The notes beneath the pieces were generated by a model that saw only the letters and a list, made by a program, of their open reading frames with translations, ran no database searches and was not told the origin of the DNA. A stretch of DNA of 62,185 nucleotides from Lobosporangium transversale (Eukaryota): NCBI RefSeq assembly GCF_002105155.1, contig NW_019029022.1:310001-372185 (forward strand), in the 5' to 3' direction. A program made the translations under genes and the position numbers. Shown here piece by piece: positions 22,637 through 36,659 of the stretch. Positions within the stretch are counted from its first letter, which is position 1. Every line of letters starts with the position of its first letter.

Positions 22637-23292
22637 GGTTATGAATGTTGATATATAACTGGAGAATTGAAGAGAAGGATGACGATGACTACAGATACGG
22701 TGAAGGAAAAGCGTGGAGTATTCAAATGTAATCTGTTTTTGTTGTAATAGATGATGAGATGTGTTGGTGGATAAGTGTGCAGATGCTTGTTTTCTTTGAA
22801 CAAGTTATAAATACAGCTGTTATTACAAATAGCTGTTAGCTGTGAACTGTAGCTGAAGCTTCTTCTTGTTGATTAGAGAATTGTTATAAGGATTCTTTTA
22901 AAGGTGGCATTGGGACTTCCTTTTATACCCAATCTTTACTTACAGCCTCAAGTTCACACCCCAAGGAGAACCTCGGGCTTTTTTTTTTTTTTTTTTTTTT
23001 TTTTTTCGCTTGAGAGCGCCTCTCCAATGGATACCAAGAAAAGAGTGCCAAGAGAAATCATTATTTCAGGCACTCAGCCATCGCGCCGTTTGCCTCATTT
23101 TTTAGACAACAGCACTACAGCAGAGAGTGACCCAGCTCTAGAAAAAAATTACGACATTAGCAATTCTATTCTCTATACACTGGAAAAAGACAGTAAAAAA
23201 AAAAATCGTTGGGACATGCAGCTCACAGCCCTCCATTTCTGCAGATGGTTTTTGCAGAATGAAGACATAAATCTTTACACTCAGTCCCTTGC

Positions 23293-23323
<31 letters not shown>

Positions 23324-23771
23324 GTATTCTGTTAAAAGTTTAATGGCAAGAAGCTGGCTTTCCTTGGCGTTATTTATGCAGGCTGTGTGTCGCTGTGTTC
23401 TCTTGGCATGACAATAAGACTTGTGGACGATGACAACGATCGTCGATGAACAACATTGTACCCAACCAACAAGACTTGGTTCTTTTATTTTAGCAGAGAT
23501 TTTAACACGGTCTCTGTGATAACAGTTATATATATCTATATATATATATATATATAAATGGATAAATTAAAAAGAAAAAAAAAGACTGGATAACAAGAAA
23601 CCTTTTTTAATATCGGCAAACTAATAAGTTTTCATGTTTGTGTGTTGCAGTATTAGTATGACAATGGTAGCTATTTTAGGGGCGCTGAATTTTGTTTTAA
23701 GTAGATATGCCAAGATTTTAACAAAAGTTATTCAAACAAGTCGTGACCCATACTAAGTTGTAGGATTTAAT

Positions 23772-23862
23772 TTATCCATTCAGTCGTTGAGAACAAAATT
23801 GCCATAATCGATGCAAAAGATCGTTGCCTAATGTTCGTAAATCGATATGGAATTCCCCAGCT

Positions 23863-23906
<44 letters not shown>

Positions 23907-24733
23907 GATGATGTTAGAAATATGATCCCATAATGAGATAAAGGCTCTTACAATGAGATCTTTTAAAAACCATTCTTTACCTTCGCCGTCCTCCTTGACA
24001 TACATGTCTGCTGTTTGATTTGCCTTCACCAACTTCACTAGATCGACCAAGTCATCCGCATCTAGCTGCTGAAATTTGTCTGCCAAAGCATGTATATCAA
24101 CCTATATTTGGTTCATATGTTGATGCCGGTGGTGATGTTAGTTGGTATATGGAGAAAGCTCATTAGCAGCAGCAGATCACACAGAAAAAAAAAAAAAAAA
24201 AAAAAAAGTTCCTAACCTCGTCATTCCAATCATCAGATGCTGCAGCACTGCTATCATCGTCTGAACTCGCATCGTCTTTGATTCGTTTTGATTTTGGTTT
24301 CAACGTGTCTTCTCGTCGCCTTTTGTTGGTTTTTGCTTGAGCTCCATTGCTATTATGAGTATCCCGACTTGATATCGTCTCGACTGGTTGATTTAATAAT
24401 TTCAAAAAACTTGGTTTTAGATCCGGTTTAAATGTCTAAACGTCAATTGCATTATTAATGGCGATATTAGGTCGAGCTATTTTTTTTTTTTTTTGTGCAT
24501 TTCAGCATCGAGTGAGTGGTCATGCTCCAATAATAATCGCCATTTACAAGAAGAAGCACTTACCAAAGTATGTGAAACTTCATAGTGTGCAAGTTGAAAA
24601 TTCAAGTCATGATCCAACGAATATGGTGTAGTCGATTTGTCTGCAAAGTACAGCATAATCTTCATATCGAACTCGCCCCATCCTTTTTCTTGCAACATGA
24701 ATGGATATTCTGTCACTTCTAAGATATTGCATT

Positions 24734-24766
<33 letters not shown>

Positions 24767-25384
24767 GCATATATTCAAGTTAATAAATTGTAAAAATATT
24801 AATAACATGGTCCATGCATCGTCTCGCCACCAAAAAGAAAAAAAGTCCAGTCACATACTCCTCAGAGGTTGCTCAAATGTATGATGCAGAAGATATTCGA
24901 CGTATTCCACATAAGGTAATGGTTCTTCCTCGCCATTGGCATTGATGCCCATTAATGAGATCTTCCATTTGCGCATTGGAAATCCATGTTGTTTCTGACC
25001 CTTGACAATGTGTTGGTCAGTGATCACCTATTTTTTTGAAAATTAGCAAATTAGCAATTTTAGTTTATCTGAGGGAAAGTTTTGCCACCAAATTTGGACT
25101 AACTAACCCCAATTAGATCGCACACAGCATCCAAAATATAAAGAAAAAAATACCTTGATTTCTTTGATGATATCTTTCTATTCACGCAAAAGGCATGAGT
25201 TTATCAATCAATTGAAGGCATAGGAAAGTATAAAGCAATAGCAGAGTTGAGTAAGTCAATATCAGCCAGTTTCCTCTCTTCTTCCCAAAGAAGAAACAAA
25301 CAAAAACAAAAAAAGGACGAAGGAGCAAAGGTGATTTATTAATTCAATCCCATGGTGCACAATGTGTTTGCATACCTGTGGCAT
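23772..25384 (-). CDS. TAF14: YEATS + ET-domain protein Taf14/Sas5-like
   Basis: Micro-exons MPQ and KDIIKEIK, then GFPMRKWKISL, YLLHHTFEQPLR, PFMLQEKGWGEFDMKI and HDLNF; C-terminal DIHALADKFQQLDADDL...GEFHIDLRTL...LW. Confidence 0.88.
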
Positions 25385-25638
25385 GGCACGAAGATAAAAA
25401 AAAAAAAAGAAAGAAAGAAAGAAAGAAAGAAAGAAAAGAAAGTTGGGAGTAAGAAAGAGGGAAAGGGAGGGAAAGGGAGAGAAAGAAAATGAAAGAGGAA
25501 AAGATAATGAATTGTTGATGTGACCGATGTGATTCCCTTGATTTTGTTAAGCTAAAATAATAAAGTCATGAATGAAGTCGTGCTCTTAAGTGTACAAAGC
25601 TAAATTTTAAATTGTGGAAACAAAGAAACAAAGAAACC

Positions 25639-25669
<31 letters not shown>

Positions 25670-25989
25670 AGGCGTGAGAATGGGATAAAGATTCTTTTCA
25701 GCAAGGCAAAAGGAAGAGAGTACGATGCGTAGTCATCGGATTGAATAAAAAAAAAGATCTCTTTTTTGAAAGAGGAACAGAAAGAAAGAAAAAATGGTGA
25801 CGTATGAAGTGACTGCAAAGGTATAGAATAAGAGACATTACTTTTTTCTTTTTTTTTTATCAAATAAACTCTCCCGACAGCTCCAGAAGGTCCCCTCCCC
25901 CACAACCTGAAACTTGGACTGGATTGACCCTGACCATCTCAACTACAGACAACACACCTTTGCATTGACACATCATTCACTTTGACATC

Positions 25990-28900
25990 ATGTTGTAAGA
26001 ACTGAATAAATCGTCTCGAGTTAATAAAAACCAAAAAAAATTAAAAAGCCTGCCCCAACCCGTGTCTGTGTATTTTGATTGACCATTAAAGAAACTCCTC
26101 ATAGGTTTGAAATCGATGGAATGCCTGTCTATTTTCCATATGACAGGATATACCCAGAGCAATATGCATACATGTGTACCCTCAAACAAACACTGGATGC
26201 TCAGGTGTGTAACCAGGTCTTGGCTTTGTTTCTCCTCCAAGCAGGAAGGGAAAAAAAAAAAAAATACGACTCTATCTCTAACCGTTCCAACTTCCTTTTA
26301 CTACAAAACCAACTGCTCTTATTTGTTTTATTCAGGGCCATGGAGTACTGGAGATGCCCTCAGGAACTGGAAAGACGGTGTCGTTGCTGTCTTTAATCCT
26401 CTCATATCAACAGGTAATATTTCGTTGGACATCAGACGCCACCAATTTTATTAACTGCTGCGGAAACGGTATAGTCTCAAACGCGACTAATGTAATATTT
26501 ATTATCGATCAATGTTTATTCCCCTTATCCTTAGTTCTATCCTGAAAAACGTAAACTAATTTACTGCTCACGTACTGTTCCAGAGATCGAAAAGGCTCTA
26601 GCAGAGTTGAAACGGTTAATCGAATATAGAAAGAGTTGTGGATTAAAAGAATCCATCCTAGGCCTTGGATTGACTAGTCGTCGTAATCTATGCCTTCATC
26701 CATCGGTCAGCAAAGAGAAAAAAGGCAAAGTTGTAGATGCACGATGTCGTAATTTGACTGCATCTTGGGTTCGTGAGGCAGCACAGACACAACCAGAAGT
26801 AGAGACTTGCTCATTTTATGAAACTCTGGAGAATAGTGATTTACGGGAGGAGGTTGCAGATGCAATCTACACACTGGAAGATATCAAGGAAATGGGAAAA
26901 GCAAAGAACATTTGTCCATACTTTATGGCGCGAAGACTGGTACGACATTCATATTGATCTTTGAGGATTACAAATGTTTAATCTGTGTCATTATTAATCG
27001 TTTTTATTATGCTATCTTCATTAGCTTACGTACGCAAACGTTATCATCTACTCATATCATTACATGCTGGACCCTAAAATCGCAGATTTGATTTCAAAGG
27101 AACTGTCCAAGGATTCAATTGTTGTATTCGATGAAGCTCACAATATTGGTAACATATATATTCATATCATTCCATCTTTATATAGCTTTGCAATTTTATC
27201 AAAAAAATAATGCATTAACCTTTTTTTTTTTTTTGTTTTTTATTTTTTATTAAATCCACATAACATATAGATAACGTTTGTATTGAATCATTAAGTTTGG
27301 ATATCATACGCCCGACGTTGGAATCGAGCGCAAAAAGTATTGCACATCTAACAGAGAAGATTGAAAATATGAAGAAACAGGGCTCAGAAAAACTAAAGAA
27401 CGAGTATGAGAAGCTAGTACAGGGACTTCAGGACACACTCCAAGCCAGAGATGACGATTTGATCATGGCAAACCCAGCGCTACCTGATGACCTCTTGCAT
27501 GAGGCTGTGCCTGGCAACATTCGCAAAGCTGAACATTTTGTCGCGTTCTTGAAGCGTTTCAATGAATATCTCAAAACACGGCTGCGGGTTCTCAATGTCA
27601 CTGCTGAGACACCTTCATCGTTCCTAAGACATCTAAAGGAAATCACCTACATTGAACAGAAGCCTCTACAATTTTGTGCTGAACGACTTTCAATATTGAT
27701 CCGCACCTTGGAATTGAATAATGTGGATGAATTACAATCATTACAAAAAGTTGCAGCTCTGGCTACATTGGTTTCTACTTATGACAAGGGGTTTATGTTG
27801 GTCTTGGAGCCATACGAAAACGACAATGCCACAGTACCCAACCCGATCTTACGCTTCGCCTGTCTTGATGCATCTATTGCTATTAAGCCTGTTTTTGATC
27901 GGTTTTCGTCTGTCATCATCACCTCAGGGACGCTATCACCCTTGGATATGTACCCCAAAATCTTGAAATTTACGGCAACAGTCCTAGAAAGTTATCCTAT
28001 GACCTTGACCAGGAATTGTTTTCTACCAATGGTCATTACTCGAGGATCAGATCAGGTGGCAATCTCCTCTAAGTTTGAGGTACGAAACGACCCTGCTGTA
28101 GTCAGAAATTTCGGCAATATTCTGATCGAATTTGGCAAGATCGTACCAGATGGTATCGTGGCTTTCTTCCCTAGTTATCTTTACATGGAGAGCATTATTG
28201 CCATGTGGCATGAGATGGTATGTTGTGCATGTTACAAATATGAATCCCTATAATTATCTTTTGTATTCCTCTACTTGATTATTATTCCAGGATAAATACT
28301 TAATTACTAATTTGATATATTCAGGGTATTTTGACGGAAGCATGGAAATCAAAGCTAATCTTTGTAGAAACTCCCGATGCTGCCGAAACATCAATCGCGC
28401 TGGATAACTATCGTCGTGCATGTGAGAACGGCCGTGGCGCCATCCTACTGGCTGTCGCTCGTGGTAAAGTGTCTGAGGGAATTGATTTTGATCATCATTA
28501 TGGACGAGCGGTCGTTATGTTTGGTATTCCCTATCAGTATACGGAATCAAGGATTCTTAAGGCGCGTCTCGAGTTTTTGCGTGATGAGCACAGGGTGCGC
28601 GAAAATGACTTTTTGACATTCGACGCATTACGTCATGCAGCTCAATGTTTGGGACGTGTTTTGAGAGGAAAAACAGATTATGGACTGATGGTTTTCGCAG
28701 ACAGACGATATGCTCGTCAAGACAAAAGATCCAAGTTGCCAAAGTGGATCAATCAATACATTACAGATACAAGTGTGAATTTATCTACGGATATGGGCAT
28801 CGCAATTGCAAAGAAGTTTTTGAGGTCTATGGCACAACCACTTGAGACACAGGCTCAGCTGGGTGTCAGTCTGTGGACATTGGAGGATGTCCTTGCAAAA

Positions 28901-29032
28901 CAGAGATCCCAGAAGGAGAAGTTGGAAAGAGGAGGACAAGGTGCGTCACATTATCAATATGGATCTGCTGATGCACAAAAAGTAGCCCAAGACCGAGCTA
29001 CAGGAGCCGTCTATATGGACGTTGGGTACTGA
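25990..29032 (+). CDS. RAD3: TFIIH DNA helicase XPD/Rad3
   Basis: 5-nt first coding exon (ATGTT), then [29 protein letters not shown], Fe-S Cys motifs, [27 protein letters not shown] and [16 protein letters not shown]. Confidence 0.97.
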
Positions 29033-29066
29033 AAAATCCCCACTTCAGGAATCTGCATTATTATCA

Positions 29067-29181
29067 AAAATAAAAATAAAAATAAAAATAAAAATAAAAA
29101 TAAAAATAAAAATAAAAATAAAAATAAAAATAAAAATAAAAATAAAAATAAAAAATAAAATAAAAAATAAAAAATAAAAAA
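29067..29181. repeat. (TAAAAA)n microsatellite between convergent 3' ends
   Basis: Direct tandem hexamer run of about 115 bp. Confidence 0.92.
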
Positions 29182-29229
29182 AGGTATCCCTGTCTATGAT
29201 TTAATCATGAGATACAATTTAGAGTACAA

Positions 29230-32200
29230 TTAGCTGGTAAATGGTGTGCTATTGGGACTTGGGGCTACAAAGCCTCCTGATTCCATTTGAACGCTACTTA
29301 GCAGAAACACGATCTCCCTTGCCCAGTTTTTAACGCGGTCATCTTGGGTACCGTTCCCGAAATGGCCTCTATTTTCATCAATCATGAGTACACATGCCTC
29401 TTTCCCATTCGCACCATACCAAGGAGCGAGCCTTGATCGCAAACGTGCGACAAATTTTGTTGATTGTGTATAATCTACCCGCTGATCACGTTCTCCACAA
29501 GAGATCATGAGAGCAGGTCTGCGGGAAGTGATAGGTGGTGGCGGAAATTTTGTTGTTGTATCAGGAGACAAAAGGGTAGAGGGGCCTTTTGACGGATTGA
29601 TATCCTTGTCCTTATCCTGTTCGCGACTATTATAGTCATTATAATTTGGGATAGTGTCATAAGGTGCATAGCTGGCCATGTAGTCATACATCTTTTCGGA
29701 TTGTGCAGGATTGCCCCACTCCAAGTATTCGACCCGGGTCAATGGGATCTCTGGGTCAAGCATTGTGGTCATGGGATCAAGGAAAGGTACATTCAGTATC
29801 ATGGCTCGAAAAAGATCTGGCCTCATATTACATACAGCACCTATTACGCATCGCAGCAAAGGAAAAAATAAAATAAAAAGGTCAGCGGATGTTTGAAATT
29901 AATACACAATTGATAGAGCCAATTTAATGTGTATTTTCTCCTCGTCATGACTAACCCATCAAAAGTCCTCCTGCGCTGACTCCGACTGCCGTAAGTCGCC
30001 TTGGATTGGTATATCCGGTTTTTACAAGATATTCCGCCACATTAATAAAATCCGTAAATGTGTTTCTTTTTTGTTCCAATTTGCCTTGATGATACCAGAG
30101 TGTACCCAGCTCCGATCCGCCACGAACATGCGCCAGCGCTATGATCCAGCCACGCTCCAAAAGTGGGAAATGTTCTACTCTGAAATCAATGTCTGTCGGG
30201 ACCCCATAGGCGCCATAAGCACGCATCAAAGTCGGGTTTTTGCCGGTCAGCTGCATATTCTTCCGATGAAGTAATGTTACAGGTATCTTGGCCTTGCCAT
30301 CCTCTGCGTCTACATTGATCCGCGTGCAAGTGTACTTTGAGCGGTCGAAACCTAGATCGGATGCGAAGGGGAAAAGGAGCAGCATTAGGGAGAAGTAACT
30401 ACACGTAAAGCTTTTTTTTTTCTTTTTTTATCCTAATTAGATTTTGATGCAGATGAAATACCGGTTCAATGTTGTAAAGAAATATATATAAATACGTACG
30501 GTGGATAGGGTGGACACGCAGGGGAGTCATGACTCTTGAAGCTATGTCGTATTCATAAGTCGCTTCGTGTGCATAGGGAGAATTTAGTACAAATTGAAAC
30601 GAATCTGTCTCATATTCCTATTTAAAAAAAATATAAATAAAAATAAAAGTAAATAAAAATAAAAGTAAATAAAAAAAAAAAAAAAAAGTAAAATATCAGT
30701 TGAAGAAATAATCTCAATAGCCCTGGTAAAGAGAATATGTATGGATAATAAAGAACATACAAGGTTCACGCCAGCGTTGATTGTGCAGAACTGTTCCGGC
30801 AATGGCACTTCATGAATGGTGCCAGTCTCAAAATGATAACAAGAAATCACAGGCAATGCATCACGCTTAGCATAAATCACCATGAAGTTCTATTCAAAAG
30901 CCAGATAAATATTTGAGTGAATATTAGACTACTTTTTCTTCCCCTTTCCTTCTTCATATACGGTATAACACAAAAAAAAAAAAAAAAAAAAAAAAAACCT
31001 TGAATATATCGACGTCTTCAATCTTTTCGCCATCCTTTGCTTCCATCAACTCGACCCAAGACTCACGACCAGGGTTGTTCTGGTTGGCGCGCATCACTCT
31101 GAAGTTTTTGTTTGGGTTGTCGTTTGATAGAATATAATAGTGATCCTACCAAAGATAGGAAGGTTGTCAGCTCCATGTGACGTATACATTAAAATAGAGA
31201 GACCGGAGCCATTCATGGGAATGCTCCTCTTCATCCTTATTTGCCTTTCCTCCTTCAAAGAAGAGTCAAAGAACGGTTGTAACATACGTCGTGATGATCC
31301 ACATAATACTCAACACCGTCTATTCTGTCTGCAATGACCGTCATCTCTGGCAAAGCTCCAGTCGAGAAATCATGTCCAGCATCAATAATCCTGACTTCGG
31401 AGGATGCTAAAGAGTTTCCATTGATGGTAATAAAGCGATGATCCTTTGTTGCCCCTACATCTACAAAGATACTGTCGTCATCCTCCTGAAAAACTAAAAT
31501 ATCTTCTTTCTGAAATGTACCAACTCGGTGAGCCCAGACCTGATATGGGCGAAGCACATCAGTCGATTTAGTGTAATAAACAGTCTTATTATCGCTTCCC
31601 CATACAAAGTTAAACACGCCTTCTAGAACCTCCTATAAAAAAAAAAAAATAAAAAAAAAAATTGTTCACGTTGAGACGCTAGCAAGAAGATCCAAGTAGA
31701 ACTCAATACAAAAAAAAAAAAAAAAACATACTTCGTAAGGATAATTCTCATTTAAATTTCTGAAATGTAATGAGCCTAGTTCTTCTCCTTCTTCAAGTGT
31801 TAGAAAAGAAAAGATGTGATGTCCTGTCGATAGCAAAACCTTTTTGACGTGACAACTCTCTGGGAGATATGCAGAATCTAATAAAATTTCCTAGTCAAGT
31901 CACCAGGTGCAAATAAGAAAAAAATAAAATAAAATAAAATAAAATAAAATAAAATAAAATAAAATAAAATAAAATAAAATAAAATAAAATAAAATAAAAT
32001 AAAGTAATTGAGATGAATTTCTGATATCACCAACGATCCATAAGCCTATCATCTTTGTGGATTGTAGGAGGGGGTAACATACCTCTTTTGCCATTGGAGC
32101 CTTCTTCCTTCTGCAGTAAACGATTCCATGACGATTCGTTTTGGTATAATATTCAAATCCACGCACAACTGTTGTCAACGGTGCTGAAATCTTTTTTGTC

Positions 32201-33023
32201 CGTAATACTTGTTTCATCTCTCTGTTCAAAAGGTGAATCGCAGCCGCTTCGACAGCAAAGTGCTCCTGTGCGTATCTGAACATGACAATAAACAATCAAA
32301 TGAATTGTTGGTCAGTAGTTCTTTTCTTTTTCTTTTACATTAGCATAATGACTGAAGGCAAATACTGGAATCTTGTCACGAATAATGATTCGCATAGCAA
32401 ATCACTTACGTATTCTCAGCTTCAATGTATTTACGAAGATCCTAAGCACGTTCAGTTTGAAGGAAAAAAAAAAAAAAAAAAAAAAAAAAAAGAAGTTGGT
32501 AACTATGACCCACTTGTAGATAAACCTTGTAAAAGAAAAAGAAACGAAAAAAACACTCTTCTTCATTACAGGGTCGTCCTTATTTGCCATCCACCCGAAC
32601 TCATCCACGCGTAATCGTCCTAAAATCCTTGTTTCCTTGGGTATTATCTTGGGTGGCTTTGGGGGTGAGGGCCTAAATATGATGATGAGTGAATCCTATT
32701 TTGAATGGTCTGGTTGAGAGTCGTAGAGTTACCTACTTTGACTAATCATATACGAAGGCATACTCTTTAAAAACAGCTTTTAGGGTGCCCAAGAAGCCTA
32801 GTGCGCGCTTCTGTTGACGCTGGAAGGGACATTGTTGTCGAGGCAATGACCTGAAAGATAAAGCAATTAAAGACGTTGTCTCCAGACGTCGGAGACTTGA
32901 GACAAGTGAACGTCGGGTAAAGTCAAGTTGAGGACAAACTAGTCCTGGATAGGGTTTTTGTGAAAATTGAAGAGAGCATGGAGTCCGTATGAAGGCGGAG
33001 GATATACTCCGAGTAGTATACAT
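29230..33023 (-). CDS. Oligopeptidase B / protease II (S9A) with mitochondrial-type presequence
   Basis: Multi-exon gene: Arg/Ser-rich N-terminus, DDYAWM, propeller (LRPYQVWAHRVGT), AYGAYG, HVRGGSELG..WY..GK...K.NTF.DF, catalytic GVSAGG, VPFLD, EYLEWGNP, D in ERDQRV and H in GHFG. Confidence 0.9.
31921..32002. repeat. Intronic (AAAAT)n microsatellite
   Basis: About 16 perfect pentamer units. Confidence 0.92.
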
Positions 33024-33361
33024 GTGCTAATGGATATCAGTTGATAAAGAATGAAGTGAAAGGAAAAAGAAAAAAGGGGAAAAACTGCTTATTACAGTTT
33101 TTTTTTTTTTTTTTTTTTAGCAGGTTAGAGGAAATGGGAAGCAATTTAACTGAAAATGTGGCTGAGGTTTCGTTTGTTTATCTCAGTTGCCTTTTTTGGT
33201 TGATTGGCATAGCAGATTTGGCGCGGTCGTTTGCTCCTTCGATGGGCAATCTTTAAAAAAAAAACCTAGGCCCTTTTTCCTTCTTTTTTTTTCTTTTTCT
33301 TTTTCTTCCTCACCCGTTTTGCCCCTCTTTCCCCCTCCATCTCTTAAGACGTCACAAGGAC

Positions 33362-34127
33362 ATGAACAACAGGACAAATGTATGATTCTTTCATCAGATG
33401 AGACATATGCAAAGAAAGAATTACTTCAAAAAAGAACACCCACCCATTTACTCATCTCTTCCCATGGAACTGAAAAAAGGACAGGGACAAAAATATTCAT
33501 AAAATTACATTGTTTTTCACTTACCAATAGGTTCGCTTGCCTCCGGAGGTCAACAGAATCCTGTTTGTCCGGTAAATACCGATTTTTCCAGTTTTCGTTA
33601 GTACTTTTATACCACTTGTCATGTTTCGTACCGATCAAGAACTCCTGTCTTATTTTTTTTTTTTTTTTTTTTTACTATTTTAGCAATCTTCCTTTCAAGA
33701 TCACAACTGAGGAAATGTATGATATCTTTGGAAAATATGGAGCTATCCGTCAGATCCGTGTTGGAAACGCCAATGACACTAAGGGAACAGCATTTGTGGT
33801 CTATGAAGATATTTTTGACGCCAAAACAGCCTATGAACATCTTCAAGGATTCAATATCATGGGGCGGTACCTGATCGTCCTTTATTATCAGGCTAACAAG
33901 GTCACCAAGAGAGTAAGCATGGCAAAGAAGGAAGAAGAACTGAGGGAACTAAAGGCGTAAGTATAAACTAGATTGAAAATATCAACTTTTTTTTTTTTTT
34001 TTTATCTCATTTCATTTCATTTTGTGCAGATTCTTGTGAGCGATCAGTAGCTAATTTCAATCTTCTTCAAATTGTCTTCTCGGCTGGTGAACTTTATAGT
34101 AAATATGCAATCTCGGATAACCAATAA
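33362..34127 (+). CDS. SF3B6: U2 snRNP SF3b p14 subunit
   Basis: Spliced [48 protein letters not shown]...[14 protein letters not shown]...RYLIVLYYQ; four exons. Confidence 0.96.
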
Positions 34128-34394
34128 GTGGTAGCGACGTTGGTGATGGTGAATGCAGAGGAAATGTAGAGTCGTGAAGATTTTGAATCAAAGAAGCCTC
34201 TATATCTATAATGATTGTTGATTATTGACTACAAAAAAAAGGATCTCCATGTAACATAGCAACCATAAACAACTATTATAACCAACTATTATAACTAACA
34301 ACAACACAACCAAAGAAAAAAAAAAAATACAATGTGAAAATCTTTTATTATATAATGTACAATTTGACATGCTACAAGAAAGGCTTTATGGTAT

Positions 34395-34678
34395 TCAATT
34401 GGCTTCGGGCAAGATCTCATCGATGACTGCCTGTGCACCCTCCAGTCGACTGATGTTTGAGGAGACTGTCTATAAATATTGCAAAACAAAAACAAGCAAA
34501 AAAGATAAAACAAAAAAGTTAGAAAATGATGAAAGGCTTCAAAGATCAACGGTATGCGATTGTTGATCAACTATAGCCATTAGCAAAAAAAAAAAAAACT
34601 TACTTTGCGCAAATCACTTAGCAACGCCATACTGGAGGAATATTCTTGAGTGACCAAGTCTGGTCTCTCGAACATAGC

Positions 34679-34716
<38 letters not shown>

Positions 34717-35614
34717 AGTTAACTCTAGTATCCCAATCAATACGATCGTCACAGTCTATGGGTTCGTTCAATAATTAAGCCCATAATAAATACCCTTTTC
34801 GAATTCTTCTGTTGGATCAGCTACACTGTTATCCTTTGCGCCTTCCTTTGGTTCAAACTCAATTCTGTCGGCCAGAGCTGATTGTCGTCTGATAGCATCA
34901 TCCAACAACATTTTGACTTGTTCAGGAACACGTTTCCTTCGCTCTGCCACCCTGAGTCTCAACTCTCCAACTTTGAGCTGTTGCATCTGTAATTTTCGCT
35001 TCAGTGACTCGTCCAATGGCTCAAACTCTAAGATATATATACATGTATAAAAACAACAAAGTCATTTCAGGTCAGCTTGGGCACTTTCCTCACTCCTAGA
35101 TGAGTAACCTCTTAAGAAAATGATGAATACCTTCATTAATGAGAGCTTGATCATATGGTATCCCATTGATATCAATATTGGCGCTTGCCATGCGCATTAC
35201 ATCCTGGACCCACTAAGATTTTTTTTTTTTTTTTTTTTTTAAAGAAAAGTTATGGAAACCAAATGTTGAGAAGAAACTTGAGTATACCTTGCTGTTGTCG
35301 TTGTTGTTACTACTGTACTTTGAATGCTCACTGTAAATCAAAGATTAAGAAAAAAATAAAATGAAATAAAATAAAATCGAGTGACAGTTGATAATGTTTA
35401 TTGTAATGTTTCTTTGGTGTAAAAAAAAAAAAAAAAAAAAAAAGACCAAGGCTTAATTTACTTGGTCAAATATTCCATGGACAATTTGAATTTTCTTAGG
35501 GTCGCCCATAGTGCCATATTTTGTTGATAGGCGGTCATAACATGCTTTGAGCAAAATCTCCGAAATGTATTCGATGTCCGCTTTAGATGACACATTGATT
35601 TTTGGAAATTCCAT
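34395..35614 (-). CDS. NSL1: Kinetochore Mis12-complex subunit Mis14/Nsl1
   Basis: MEFPKINVSSKADIEYI, ANIDING, EFEPLDESLKRKL and VAERRKRVP fit the Mis14 pattern; five exons. Confidence 0.75.
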
Positions 35615-35823
35615 GGGCGGGGGAACGTGGATGAAACTAGATGAAATTATATGGTTCAATGGTAGAGGTCAACAAGTTCATGTTGCCCTATTTTCTCTAA
35701 CTAGAGTCACAGGACTCAGGTTGAATTTTAAAGCCACGTCGGGACTCAATGCTCGGGAATTTAGAGAGGCTGAGTGATTTTATCAATTGAAATAGACTAT
35801 GTACATCTGGTAACTTTTTTTCT

Positions 35824-36659
35824 TTATCCATCCAACTCAATCAAAGATTCTTGAGGCTGCTTATTCAAGAGTGCAGCCGGAACCTTTTCATGCAAGAAAC
35901 TGGTGCAGTACATGCATTTGACAGCCTTGATCGGAACATTGGCATCACACCAGGGACAAGTACGCGTGGCTCCAGAAGCAGGGGTAGGCTCAGGTTTTGT
36001 CGCATCGACCTCTCCATTCTCACTTAATTTACCCTTCTTACGGTATTCTCTAAACGAGTGAACAGCCATGACGATGATAAACAGTGTAATAGCGACCAAG
36101 AGAAAGTTGAGCACTGTTTGAAGGAAACGACCGACGTTTTCAGTAACGGCTCCATCTTCCTGAGCATCTTCAATGGTGTTGTATTTCTTGCCAGGAGTTT
36201 TTCCAGGTCTGATAACAATGAACCAATTCTCCAAATTATGGCCTATTTAAGCAATTGCATTGTATATCATCAGTATGGTTTTTTTTTTTTTTTAAAAAAA
36301 AAAAAAGTGGTAACACCGGTAATGTCGATGCTGGGGAATGAATAAGGACGACAGTTACTGTACAATTCACATACCTGAGATGACTAGACCGAGAGGAGGA
36401 CTCAAAATATCATCAACGAAGCTTGTAAGGACCTTTGAGAAAGCACCTCCAATGACAAGACCCTATTTAAGACATAACGTACATAAATATCAAACATGAC
36501 GTTCAGGGGGTGGTTGCTTTTTACGAGTTGGCTGCAGTATATTAATGTTGTATTACGTACCACACCAAGGTCAATGATATTGCCTCGTTGGATGAATTCG
36601 GAAAATCTCTTCCACACACTCGATTTTCCAACACGTTCTCTAATTCCCAACAATGGCAT
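35824..36659 (-). CDS. mscL: Large-conductance mechanosensitive channel MscL with C-terminal Zn ribbon
   Basis: Three exons give [41 protein letters not shown]...[20 protein letters not shown]; the tail has CPWC...KCMYCTS. Confidence 0.92.

Noticed and set aside
22904..23335. 143-aa ORF in the intergenic region
   Set aside because: It runs through poly-T tracts, has a non-ATG start and shows no recognisable motif; likely promoter or intergenic DNA.
29067..32002. AT-rich tandem arrays as CRISPR or telomeric repeats
   Set aside because: They are simple microsatellites without spacers, in a eukaryotic interstitial context.
2192..34127. Functional cluster of splicing genes (PUF60, SNIP1, SF3B6)
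   Set aside because: They are separated by unrelated genes and I saw no shared motif; chance is sufficient.
695..36659. Bacterial contamination or endosymbiont DNA as the source of EF-P, oligopeptidase B and MscL
   Set aside because: All three have spliceosomal introns of the same homopolymer-rich style and sit among ordinary eukaryotic genes.
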